A stretch of 63,473 bases of DNA, the filler included, from Octopus bimaculoides (lineage: Eukaryota), in assembly GCF_001194135.2 (NCBI RefSeq). It is 4 parts of 4 records of this genome, joined end to end, with 100 filler letters (N's around TTAATTAATTAA, not from the genome) between each part and the next. Parts side by side here need not be neighbours in the genome. Positions count along the whole stretch, not along the records: positions 1 to 30,933 come from NC_068981.1; 3 more parts are not named here. One strand, given 5' to 3'. The position numbers were made by a program, and so were the translations under genes. The notes below the pieces were generated by a model that was not told where the DNA came from, searched no databases, and saw only the letters and a program-made list of their open reading frames with translations. Shown here one piece after another: positions 1 to 11,327 of this stretch. Positions within the stretch are counted from its first letter, which is position 1, and each line of letters starts with the position of its first letter.

Positions 1-955
1 AACATTGCTTGTTTTCACCTTTTCAATATCAGTGAAGAATGTCACTGGAAAAGAAGATATAAGGTTTTGCCAGATTTGTCTCTCTCACCAAGGTCATCAG
101 CTGTCGAACGCCGACGAAGGGAAATAACCCTGAAATCCGGATACGTTCGTGCTGCTGGTCGCGGTGAGAGGGATAACTGCCTTGGCAAACAGGACACAGT
201 CGTGTGTCGATAAGCCAGCTGGAGGAGATGTCCTCCTGTGGCTAAAAGCAACAGTAACATCCACCCCTAGGGGTCAGCCACACTTAAGTGGCAATATACT
301 ACACTATATATATATATATTTATATATATATATATATATGTAAAATTTATTGATTTTATCGATATTTTAAAAAGTAGTCATCAAATATCAAATTATTTCG
401 TGATAATTTTCAGGAAATTCTCTACATACCGATAGCTATGATAACTGTCATTTTATACTGAAGTTAAAAACATTCTATTTAAGTGTATGCAGAGGAGCTT
501 TCATTTTGGCAAACTATTTTATTTATGGAATCAGGCGATTTTTTACTATACACATGTTTTCCTCACATGCCTAATTTTCATAATAAATACATCACTTGTA
601 GCACTATAATTTATTAGCACTATAATTTAGAAATAATGTCTACAAAGCTAAATCCAGTGATTCAGTCTTATAAATATTAGTCTATCAAAATGACACATAA
701 TATAACCATTTTGCCATTACTACGTTCGTGTTTTCGTGTAAGGAATTCACAAAAAGTTGCTCAATATCATATGAATATAAAGATTTTGCCCGTCAAATGA
801 GTAATATATTTTAGGGAATTGTGAAAGTTGAATAATTGTTGAAAAAAACAACAACTTTCTTATACCAGTAACTTAGTAACATAAATTGAATGAACGTTTT
901 AGAGATATTGAAATTTTCCTGATGTCATAATCTTGTATTCTCTTCTCCCTGTCAG

Positions 956-1113
956 TTCGTAGTTGCAGGGAAAGATTTCGAAAGAAACAGTTCTACTTGG
1001 ACTACTCATTTATATCAACGTCGACTTTAACAACTCGTTCTTTCTTCTTCTTCTTCTTCTTCTTCTTATCCTTCTGTATAATCTGGGCTAGATGCACACT
1101 GTCAAAAATATAA
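956..1113 (+). CDS. Candidate 3'-terminal exon of an unidentified gene (hydrophobic C-terminus if phase 2)
   Basis: Polypyrimidine acceptor TCTCTTCTCCCTGTCAG ends at 955. The phase-2 frame reads RSCRERFRKKQFYLDYSFISTSTLTTRSFFFFFFFFLSFCIIWARCTLSKI*, and AATAAA lies at 1373-1378. No homology recognised, and the poly-Phe comes from a (TTC)n repeat. Confidence 0.2.
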
Positions 1114-1606
1114 GGAATGATGTTGTGGGTTATAAGCAGCAACAGCAATGACCAGAGCAAGAATGAATCCACTCTATAATTCAATATCTAGTGCTATAGT
1201 TTACTTTTAATCCTGCCCAGAACCTCTTGAGAACAAACCTCTCAACCTATATCTCTAATCCTTCATTATTCTTCAGTCTACAATCTATTTTCAAACTTCT
1301 GATGAAAAGTAGTGTTTGCACCTACGCAGAATTCGTTATTCTTATTCTAATCTTTCTCACCCAGAACTAAGCAATAAATATTTTCATGTACGTTTTTTTA
1401 ATATTGATCAGATACCGCTAACATTCATAAATTATCCAATAATTGCTTGACTATCACTTCATCGTATATTGACAATATCTATATTCACAAATTTTCCTCT
1501 CTTAATTTTTTATCCTTGCTTTAATCCCACACTGACATTACTGAAACAGAGGCTGAATTATTAGCCATCCTTAACTGTCTACCACAGTTAATATTTTTAC
1601 CTATCT

Positions 1607-1729
1607 AGGTCGACTTTGCCTTTCATCCTTTCGGGGTCGATAAATTAAGTACCAGTTGCGTACTGGGGTCGATCTAATCGACTGGCCCCCTCCCCCAAAA
1701 TTTCGGGCCTTGTGCCTAGAGTAGAAAAG
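1607..1729 (+). mobile_element. SINE family A, 5'-truncated, tail type 1
   Basis: Body AGGTCGACTTTGCCTTTCATCCTTTCGGGGTCGATAAATTAAGTACCAG recurs many times in the window. Tail CCCCCAAAATTTCGGGCCTTGTGCCTAGAGTAGAAAAG. Perfect 17-bp TSD AATATTTTTACCTATCT at 1590-1606 and 1730-1746. Confidence 0.9.
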
Positions 1730-1749
1730 AATATTTTTACCTATCTCTA

Positions 1750-1961
1750 AGGTGGCGAGCTGGCAGAATCATTAGCACGCCGGACAAAATACTCAGCGGC
1801 ATTTCGTCTGTCATTACGTTCTGAGTTCAAATTCTTCTGAGGTCGATTTTGCCTTTTATCCTTTCGGAGTCGATAAAATAAGTACCAGTCGAGCACTGAT
1901 TTCGATGTAATCGACTTACCCATCCCCCAAAATTACTGGTCTTGTGCCAAAATCTGAAACC
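1750..1961 (+). mobile_element. SINE family A, full length, tail type 3
   Basis: Head GGCGAGCTGGCAGAATC (A-box-like) and GAGTTCAAATTC (B-box-like), same body as other copies, tail CTTGTGCCAAAATCTGAAAC. Confidence 0.88.
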
Positions 1962-2146
1962 AATATTCTTACCTCTCTAGACTGACTCAACATTTCTTCA
2001 AACAAATTTTCAGCTTCTCATCAAGTCTGTGCATTGCGCAATATAGCTAACTTAAATATAATCCAGTTGGTATATAAATGGAGTTTCAAAGTAGCTTATA
2101 TTACTGAATGTCGCAGTAATATCTTAAATTTTACCTTTCTTTTCAG

Positions 2147-2213
2147 ATCATATGAATTTGTAAATATCAAGCCCATTGGAAAATGGTGTCCTGTAAAAAT
2201 ACAGTGTACTTAG
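2147..2213 (+). CDS. Candidate short terminal exon of an unidentified gene
   Basis: Acceptor TTTTACCTTTCTTTTCAG ends at 2146. The phase-1 frame reads SYEFVNIKPIGKWCPVKIQCT*. No family recognised. Confidence 0.2.
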
Positions 2214-2380
2214 TAACCTTAGCAACATTGCCTATATAATTTTATATGTGATAATCGAAATTTAAACTGGCAACCTTTTACACTTTATCGTACAGTTTGC
2301 TAACTTGCCATAAACTTTAGTTGCGTTTGTTTCGCTTCCTCTAATTTGTACTCATACCAATCAAGTACTTTAAGACAGAT

Positions 2381-2504
2381 GTAGGTGTGTAATAAGAAAA
2401 TTTCTTCCCAACCACATGGTTCCGGGTTTAGTGCGACTGTATGGCGTTTTGGGTAACGAAAGCCTTGAGAGTCAGTTTGGTACATGGAAACCGAAAGAAG
2501 TCCG

Positions 2505-2543
<39 letters not shown>

Positions 2544-2705
2544 TGTGTTTGTCCCCCACCACTGCTTGACAGCTGGTGTTGGTGTGTTTCCGTCGTAATA
2601 ACTTAGCGGTTCGGCAAAATAAACTGATAGTACCAGGTTTTATACAAAAAATAAGTACCCCAGCATGGCCGCAACCTAATGACTGAAACAAATAAAAAAT
2701 AAAAT
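2381..2705 (+). mobile_element. SINE family B (tRNA head, internal (GT)n), decayed
   Basis: CTTCCCAACCACATGGTTCCGGGTT head, (GT)n middle, tail CCAGCATGGCCGCAACCTAATGACTGAAACAAATAAAA shared with copies at 3025, 15770 and 60916. Confidence 0.8.
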
Positions 2706-3024
2706 ATGCCTAAAAATGTACATCAATAGTTTGAGTCCTGTGGGGAACTATTTACTATGGTATCCGATTATTAGAAACAGAAAGAATGACGCCGGGAAAT
2801 TTTGTTACAACATATAAGCATGAGTAAGAACGTTTACACATGTTGTTAGTTTCGATAAATGGGGACCTTTCTTGTAGTGGAAGAGAAATAACATATTTGT
2901 TTGTTGGCTAGAGATCGATAAATGAATTTTGTTGAATTCTTGAATGACTCTTGGCAATCAAAATTTATGCGTGTGAATTTGTATCCGGATCTAGTGAACT
3001 GGATGCAATTACTTGCAGCACCTT

Positions 3025-3518
<494 letters not shown>

Positions 3519-3882
3519 ATATGCTCAGTTTCCAGTTATGTTAAATATTGTCTGTTAGGTTTGTCTGTTTATATGCATTAGTTAACACTTTTGCTTCACT
3601 AATCATTGTCAAGTTCGCAGAAATATATTAGATCTCATTTAAATGAGTTCTACTTGGTCGATAAAATAACTTCCAGTTAGGCAGAGGATACACACAATTA
3701 ATTGTATGTTTCTGTGCAAAACTAAGTTTTGTTCCAAATAATTAAATAAAAGATAAGCTTTAAATGGTGAGTTTCCTAGAGTCGAGGTAAGGTTCTTGAG
3801 TTGTACGTTCGGCTGCAGCCATTTCGTTTCATATAATGGTCTGGAGAAGTATACATACATACATACATACATACATACATAC

Positions 3883-6800
3883 TGTAAACTGGTGTATGAG
3901 AGTACGACGTCCCCTGACGAAAATGGACTAGACCACTCCTCAATGATCTGCTCAGACGTTTCCAGCTGGCAGATCGATACAGACAAGATCACCCGGATAT
4001 TCCACAGTGGACGTGGTCAAGAAACGATGGGTCATCTAGATCTTACCTAGACAGAATAATAATTAGGATTAAGGACAAGAATATAGCCAGGTGTCCACAA
4101 TTAACAATTGTCAGCTACAGTGATCACAAACTGAGGACCTGTAAGCTGGACGTAGATAGTATGGCTAGACAGGGATCCGGATACTGGAAGCTAAATAAGT
4201 CGCAACTGACCTGTGAAGCCTACAGGAGTCAGATTCGACAGTTAGTGATGAGGGTATTGACAGGGATCATTATTAATAACAAATGGAGGTATGCCCCCAA
4301 AAGAGCCATAAAAAAAGAGTCGATTAGATTTAGTAGAGAGTTAGCTAAGAATAGAAATAATGTAGAGAGGGACTTGGGGAACGCTTTAAAGAAGGCAATG
4401 AAATCTGGATCTGCTTCTCGAGTGTCGACCTCGGGAATGGTGCTCAAACCATTACCTCGAGGCTAAACGTGAGGGCTGCAGAGTAGGAGCGAAGATAGTG
4501 CAATGGGCCATGAGGGTATTAACTCCGCCGGATGGGATCGTGTTGTAGAATCTCAGCGTGGCAATAATGCCACAGTAAAGTCTTTGACGAACCAACAGGG
4601 GAAAACGGTAACTGAACCCGAGGAGATGTGTACGGCCTTACACGAGCATTTCGCCGGACTGTTTCGAGGAAGGGGGCAATGGGCCGGAGCTTAAGGAGGA
4701 CCTCACGGACTTCCTCACCAGTCTGCCGCGCCTCTCGGGGAGGGAGGAGAAGTGCTGTGAAGGGCCGATCATAGCTGCGGAAGTGGAGGAGGCATTGTCG
4801 GATTGCGGTGGGAACAGGTCGCCGGGTCGCGATGGTCTCTCCTATGAATTGTACTATACTATGCCAGACTTGTTTGGGCACCTGCTGACCTGTGTCTTTA
4901 ATAACTGGCAGTAGAACGGGAGTTTTCCTGCGTCTGTGAGCCAGGGAGTGGTGGTACTGATCGGAAAGGATCCAAAAAAGGGGGACGTAATTGAAAACTT
5001 TAGGCCCATCACTCTGCTTAACGCGGAGTTGAAAATTCCGGCCAAGGTTTTAACAAAAAGGTTGGCGAAAGTTGTGGATGGTATCGTCGGGGAGGCACAA
5101 ACTTGCGCCATCCCCGGCAGGACCATAAACGATAATCTCCACCTTATACGCTATACCTTAGAAAGGGTAAATAGGATTCCTGGCAAGAGAGGAGTGTTGG
5201 TCCATTTAGACCAATTCAAAGCCTTTGATAGGGTAGACCATCGGTATTTGGCGGTGGTCTTCGAGGCGGCCGGTTTGGGCCCGACATTCCGCGGTTGGAT
5301 CAATGCTTTATATAGCAACATCAAATCGGTAGTTCGGGTTAACGGTTTCTTTTCGGAGCCATTCAATATCGAACGCTCAGTTAGACAAGGTTGTCCACTA
5401 TTTCCCCTGCTGCATGTATTGGCTCTCGAACCACAACTGCGAAGACTGGAGGCGACGAGTGGAGATCTGCAAGATCTAGAGTATGGAAAGTCAGTCACAG
5501 CGTATGCGGACGATGTCGCTGTCATCATATCCGTGGACCAGGACCTACAGAGGGTAGGAGAGGCTCTACAATATTACAAAGCGGTTGCAGGAGCAAGAAT
5601 TAACCGGGATAAGTCGGTCGGCTTGCAGCTCGGCACCTGGAGAGGCAAGTCGATGCAGTCCAACAGCGTCGTCGAACGCTGGACAGACGGACCGATGAAA
5701 ATCCGTGGAGTCTGGTTTGGTCCAGACCTCCAGATAGAGAAGAATTGGAGCGAAGTTACGGGCAGGGTGGCGTCCATAATTCATACCTGGTCTGGGCGGA
5801 GGCTTTCTCTGAAAGGGAGGGCGGAGGTGGAAAATATGTTTATCGTATCTGTCATTACCTACCGCCTAACNNNNNNNNNNNNNNNNNNNNNNNNNNNNNN
5901 NNNNNNNNNNNNNNNNNNNNNNNNNNNNNNNNNNNNNNNNNNNNNNNNNNNNNNNNNNNNNNNNNNNNNNNNNNNNNNNNNNNNNNNNNNNNNNNNNNNN
6001 NNNNNNNNNNNNNNNNNNNNNNNNNNNNNNNNNNNNNNNNNNNNNNNNNNNNNNNNNNNNNNNNNNNNNNNNNNNNNNNNNNNNNNNNNNNNNNNNNNNN
6101 NNNNNNNNNNNNNNNNNNNNNNNNNNNNNNNNNNNNNNNNNNNNNNNNNNNNNNNNNNNNNNNNNNNNNNNNNNNNNNNNNNNNNNNNNNNNNNNNNNNN
6201 NNNNNNNNNNNNNNNNNNNNNNNNNNNNNNNNNNNNNNNNNNNNNNNNNNNNNNNNNNNNNNNNNNNNNNNNNNNNNNNNNNNNNNNNNNNNNNNNNNNN
6301 NNNNNNNNNNNNNNNNNNNNNNNNNNNNNNNNNNNNNNNNNNNNNNNNNNNNNNNNNNNNNNNNNNNNNNNNNNNNNNNNNNNNNNNNNNNNNNNNNNNN
6401 NNNNNNNNNNNNNNNNNNNNNNNNNNNNNNNNNNNNNNNNNNNNNNNNNNNNNNNNNNNNNNNNNNNNNNNNNNNNNNNNNNNNNNNNNNNNNNNNNNNN
6501 NNNNNNNNNNNNNNNNNNNNNNNNNNNNNNNNNNNNNNNNNNNNNNNNNNNNNNNNNNNNNNNNNNNNNNNNNNNNNNCTATAGCGAAAGAGGTAATATG
6601 GAAGATGCGTGGAAGAGGTATCGCATCAGGCACCTTCGTCTCCGGGCATGCTTTGATTAACCTCTTTTTATATCACCTAAGATGGAAAACACGTCTGCAG
6701 AAGAAATGCCCGACAAAAAAGTACGAAAAAAGATGGAAGAAAGTAGACCGAATATTGGGTGTGTAAGTGCCTAATTAAGCGGTGTAAAAAAAAAAAAAAG

Positions 6801-7011
6801 AAAAGGACGAAGTAAACGATTCAACGCAGAAATGTGGTTGGTGGGGTGAAACCCATTCCGCTTCCATTCATTTTTTTCATCCGAAATTGTAATATCATAT
6901 ATTGTAATTCATATATTGTAATTCATATATGTAATATCATTCGATAAGTCCCCGACCCCTTTTGTCCTGTATATTGTCCCCTCTTTGTTTAACTCTTGTG
7001 GTTTGAATAAA
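3883..7011 (+). mobile_element. Tx1/L1-clade non-LTR retrotransposon, 5'-truncated, ORF2 disrupted (partial APE endonuclease + RT), assembly gap 5871-6578
   Basis: Endonuclease end (QWTWSRNDGSSRSYLDRI; GSGYWKLN). RT motifs SPGRDG, NFRPITLLNAELKI, LDQFKAFDRVDH, RSVRQGCPLFPLL, AYADDV. C-terminus IAKEVIWK...KRWKKVDRILGV* at 6581-6766. 3' UTR ends in AATAAA at 7006-7011. Frameshifts and stops at about 4450-4935. Confidence 0.93.
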
Positions 7012-10000
7012 ATCATCGTGCTAGTTCCACAGTTCGTGTGTTGATAATTCAAAGTTAGAGTTCAAGTTTCACAGTTCGAATTAGCGTGTTGGACTGTTGT
7101 TTCTTAAAAGATAGTTGCTACGTTACGTGTGGTTACTGCCGTTTGTTTCGATTATATTCCTATTACAATGTTGCAGTGTATTCGTTTATCCATAAGGATT
7201 TAACATCTGGCGACGAGGATCGTTCGAAACTCACATTGGTTATTTGACAATTTCTGCGTCATGGAAAACTTATTAGCCGCGGTAGTACAGCTTCAAGAGA
7301 AGCAGCAGGAACAACCACAGGAGTTGCAAAAACAAATGCTATAACACCGACAACAACAACGACAACAATTAATTGAGTTACAGTCGGAAGAGGGTATTAC
7401 GTTTCCCGCGTATTATAGAAGATACGAGGAAATTTCGAACAACGAGTGCAAGTTATGGTCGGAGGAGCAGAAAGTAAGGTTTTTACTATGCAAGGTAGCT
7501 CCTGCCGAATATGAGCATTACTGTAACTTATTCTGCCCTAAAAATCGAGTTAGATTGGTTTCCACGAAACCGTGGAACTGCTTTCAAACATTTTTTGTGA
7601 TAGAAGTTCATTATTAAACACCAGTATGGAGTGTTGGAACATAACAAAAAATGAGGAGGCGGATTCTATCATCTACGCCGGAGTAGTCAAAACCGTATGT
7701 GCGAAAATTTCAAACTCCATGATGTCACTCAGAGTATGTTCAAATCACTTATCTTCGTGCAAGGTCTTATAGTACCTGAACATAGAGAAATTCAGGCAAG
7801 GATTCTCTCGAAAATGGAGCAAGCGAACCAGGATTTATCTGTACAAACCATCACAGAAGAATGTTAGACTATGGTAAATCTTAAACATGATGTGAAAAAA
7901 TACAAGATAAAGATTCTGCAAAAATTCAAATGTGTCGTCCCGGGAAGCACAATAAAAAAAGTGTCAGGCCCCAATCCGTGTTAAAGTTGTGGAGGCCTAC
8001 ACTTCAAAAAACAAAATGTGCTATAGTTATCGGAAGTGGAGAGTGATTGCAACGGAAAAACAAGAAATTTCGTGCACGAAAAAATAAATGATGTGAATAC
8101 CAAATTACAGTTAGACACAGGTAGTGATATCTCGATTATAAATGCGGATACATAGAAAAAAATTGATACAGCGAGATTAAGGAAAACAGCGAAAATAGCA
8201 CATGGTATAACGGGCGATAAATTACATTTCATGGGCAAAACATGTATCGACGTCACATCTCGAGGAAAGACACGCGAAGCAAAATTATTCGTTGTGGATA
8301 ATACAATCAACCTGTTTAGCACAGATTGGTTAGAACTATTCGATTTATGGCACCTCCCCATAAATCTTTACTGCAATAACATAAACGGTTGTCCCGTTAG
8401 AAACAAGTCTTCGGAAGAACTGAAGAAAAAATTGAAAAAATGTTCCCGCAAGTGTTATCAGAGGCTTTGGTCTATGTAGAAAGATGGATGCCTATTTCCA
8501 AATAAGTGAAAACGCTGTATCTGTATTTAAAGCAAACAGAAAAGTACCGTTGGCGGCAATTGAAACCGTAAATGAAGAGTTGGACAGACTCGAAAAGAGT
8601 GGAGTCATCAAAAAGGTGGATTACTTGAAGTGGGCGGCACCCATGGTCTGTATTAATAATAAAATAAGATTAGGCTGTGTCGATTTCTCTACAGGATTTA
8701 ACGACTGCTCAAAAGCATATCACCATCCACTCTCGACTGCAGAAGACATTTTTTCAAAGTTAAATGGTGGGAAAGCGTTTTCCAAATTAGATCTGTCTGA
8801 AACCTATTTAAAGATAAAAGTAAATGAAAAATGCTCAAAGTATTTGACAATAAATACACACAGAGGATTGTACAGATACACACGATTACCTTTTGGATTA
8901 GAAGTGGCGCCAGCAATATACCAGCAAATCATGGAAACTATGTTATCTGATCGTGAATTTGCAATCCCGTGCTTGAACGATATTTTGATCAAGAGTAATT
9001 CTCGTGAACAACATGTGGAATACATAGAAGCTGTGTTTAAGAAAATTAGTTTTGGGGTTCACTTTGATTGAAGAAAAATACGAATTCTTTCTACCCCAAA
9101 TTAAGTAATTAGGGCAAATAATTGATAAAAGTGATAGACGTCCGAACCCATCGAGGGCAGACGCAATAAAGAATATGCCTGCGCCGACAAATATTCCAAC
9201 TTTACAAGCATTTCTTGTGTTGGCAAACTATTATCAAAGCTACATTCCTACCGACTTATTAAAAAAAAAAAGAAGTAAAGTGGAATTGATTCACTAAATG
9301 CCAGAACACTTTTGAAGAAATAAAAAAAATTCTAATCTCAAAGTTGTCGTTAGCACATTATGATCCTGAAATGGATACCATTGTAGCGTTTGATGCTTCC
9401 GAGCACGGATTAGATGCAGTTCTACTTCATAAATACAAAGACGGAAGTACAAAACCAGTGTTTTATGTTTCGCACTCCCTAATAGCGACAGAGAAGAGAT
9501 ATAGTCAAATTGAAAAAGCGGCCCTAGCAATTATTTTTGCAGTTAAAAAATTTCAAAGGTTTCTGCATGGCAGAAGTTTTTTATTGCAAACAGACCATAG
9601 AGCTTTGCTGTTAATTTATGGGTCTAAAAAAGGGTTACCAACTCATACTGTGAACCGCTTGCAACGTTGGAGTGTAATATTACTAAATCATAATTTCAAA
9701 ATGCAATACATTCCATCGCCAAAAAGATTGGTCGTGCGGATTGCCTTTCGAAATTAATTCTAAAAATTATGGAACCACTAGAATAAACTATTGTCGCACT
9801 GCAGGCAGAAAGTGAAATAAAAAGTGTTATGACGAACGTTATCCAAGAACTGCCAGTGACGGCTCAGGATATAAGAATGAAAGCTGTAGATGATGAATAT
9901 ATTACGAAAATAAAAGAAGCTTTAAAAAATAAACAGAATAAAAATTCATATGCCAATAGTTTTTCAATTTGCGACAATATTCTGCCGTACGCCCAAAGAG

Positions 10001-10083
10001 TGATGGTTCCAACTATATTACAAAAAGATGTATTGCAACAATTTCACAGCAGACATCCAGGAATGGCAAGGATGAAGGCAACA
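7012..10083 (+). mobile_element. Gypsy LTR retrotransposon 1 (K02A2.6-like gag-pol), decayed, truncated at the start of integrase
   Basis: Partial LTR ending ...TTAACA at 7205, PBS TGGCGACGAGGA, gag from ATG 7261. Protease LQLDTGSDISII; RT WAAPMV, FSKLDLSETYLKI, RLPFGL, with catalytic YLDD decayed to CLND; RNase H DASEHG, EKAALAIIFAVKKF, TDHRAL; integrase Zn-region HSRHPGMARMKA. Many stops and frameshifts. Confidence 0.93.
7208..7219 (+). other. Primer-binding site of Gypsy element 1
   Basis: TGGCGACGAGGA lies 2 nt after the LTR-terminal CA, a standard TGG-type tRNA PBS arrangement. Confidence 0.8.
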
Positions 10084-10084
10084 A

Positions 10085-11327
10085 GAGGAAATAAGAACAA
10101 GTCACGAAATAAAAACAAGTCACGAAATATAGGAATGAAGTTTGGGCAATATACATGCGTACATGATAGCCAACTGAGGCAAGATTGTCGACATTTGAGA
10201 TGGATATTAGACTGGACACTTGATGAGATACGCAGGCTGGACATCAAAACCAGAAAGGTACTGACCACCACTGGCAACTTCCACATTTATAGTGACACCG
10301 ATAGGATTTATATGAGACGAAGTGATGGCGGTAGAGGCATAAGGCGAGTCAATTGGAATGTTGCATTGTGTCAATCAAACAACACTTGGTGAACAATAAA
10401 GAAATGAGTATATTCCATGCATGCTCAAAAGTGAGAGCAACAACATCCTCAAAATTAGAGAAATACTGTGCCGTTACTCTTAGAATACAACTGTCTCATG
10501 TGATCCAAAGGAGGCTGGGCTGGCCTACCTAAACAGAAACTTGGAAGAGAAGCAGGCATCATACAAATAAAAAGTATTGCATAAGTACATAAAAAGCATT
10601 GCTTAAGTACAGAGTAGCTACAGCATTGATAGGATGAGTAGCCTTTCCTGGATCTGCGGTAGATACATTACATCCCACCTAGAAGGATATGCCTCCACTA
10701 TCCAGGAAATAGATACTAAATTCTTGATAAACAAAGAGCCAGCAGGTATTCACACCTTTGGTTACAAGGAATATTGGTGGAACGTCCCCCACAAAAAAAA
10801 CATCAATTAGGTGCAAACATAACAGACCTGATATTGTTCTATGGGACAGGGAACAAAAATCATGCACTACCCAGCAGACGTGAATGTACAGTTAAAAGTC
10901 CAGGGAAAAGAGAACATTTATGACGAATTAATATAGATTTTACAGCTATTGTAGCCTGACTATGAATTCTCATGTGTATCCATCATCATAGGTGAATTAG
11001 GTTATGTACCAACAAATTTGCACAAAAACCTAGAAAAACTTCGTTTCACGGAAAAAGAGCAAACACAAAAAGAAAAAAAGAACTGACGCGGATTCCCCAA
11101 ACCCAATCTATTAGTGGCACAGTGAAGATTTGAAAGACATTCCAGATATTCTCCATGTGAGATTTTTATGTGAATAGATGCACACACTTGGGTGTATGCA
11201 TCGACAGTTCACCCAAAACACCAACTCAACCACATATTCACAAACACCAGGAATTCTCTTAACTCAAGAAGTTTTGATGCTTTGTTAGCAACCGGCTTGA
11301 ACTCTCAAGAACTAAAAAAGAAAAACC
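10085..11327 (+). mobile_element. R4/Dong-clade non-LTR retrotransposon fragment (RT thumb + restriction-like endonuclease), 5'-truncated
   Basis: LDWTLDEIRRLDIKTRKVLTTTGNFHIYSDTDRIYMRRSDGGRGI, then KEYWWNVP...HNRPDIVLWDREQK...PADVNV...IIIGELGYVP. A-rich end at about 11310-11325. Confidence 0.85.

Noticed and set aside
1002-1184. Minus-strand 60-aa ORF with a signal-peptide-like start and poly-Lys
   Set aside because: The poly-Lys comes from a (TTC)n repeat; no splice or homology support.
4936-6660. 574-aa ORF as an intact RT ending ...RACFD
   Set aside because: It runs through about 700 Ns. The homologous C-terminus is in another frame (6581-6766), and upstream parts are frameshifted.
9829-10392. 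187-aa ORF as a novel fusion protein
   Set aside because: It is a chance in-frame join of the Gypsy integrase start and a Dong/R4 RT fragment at an insertion junction.
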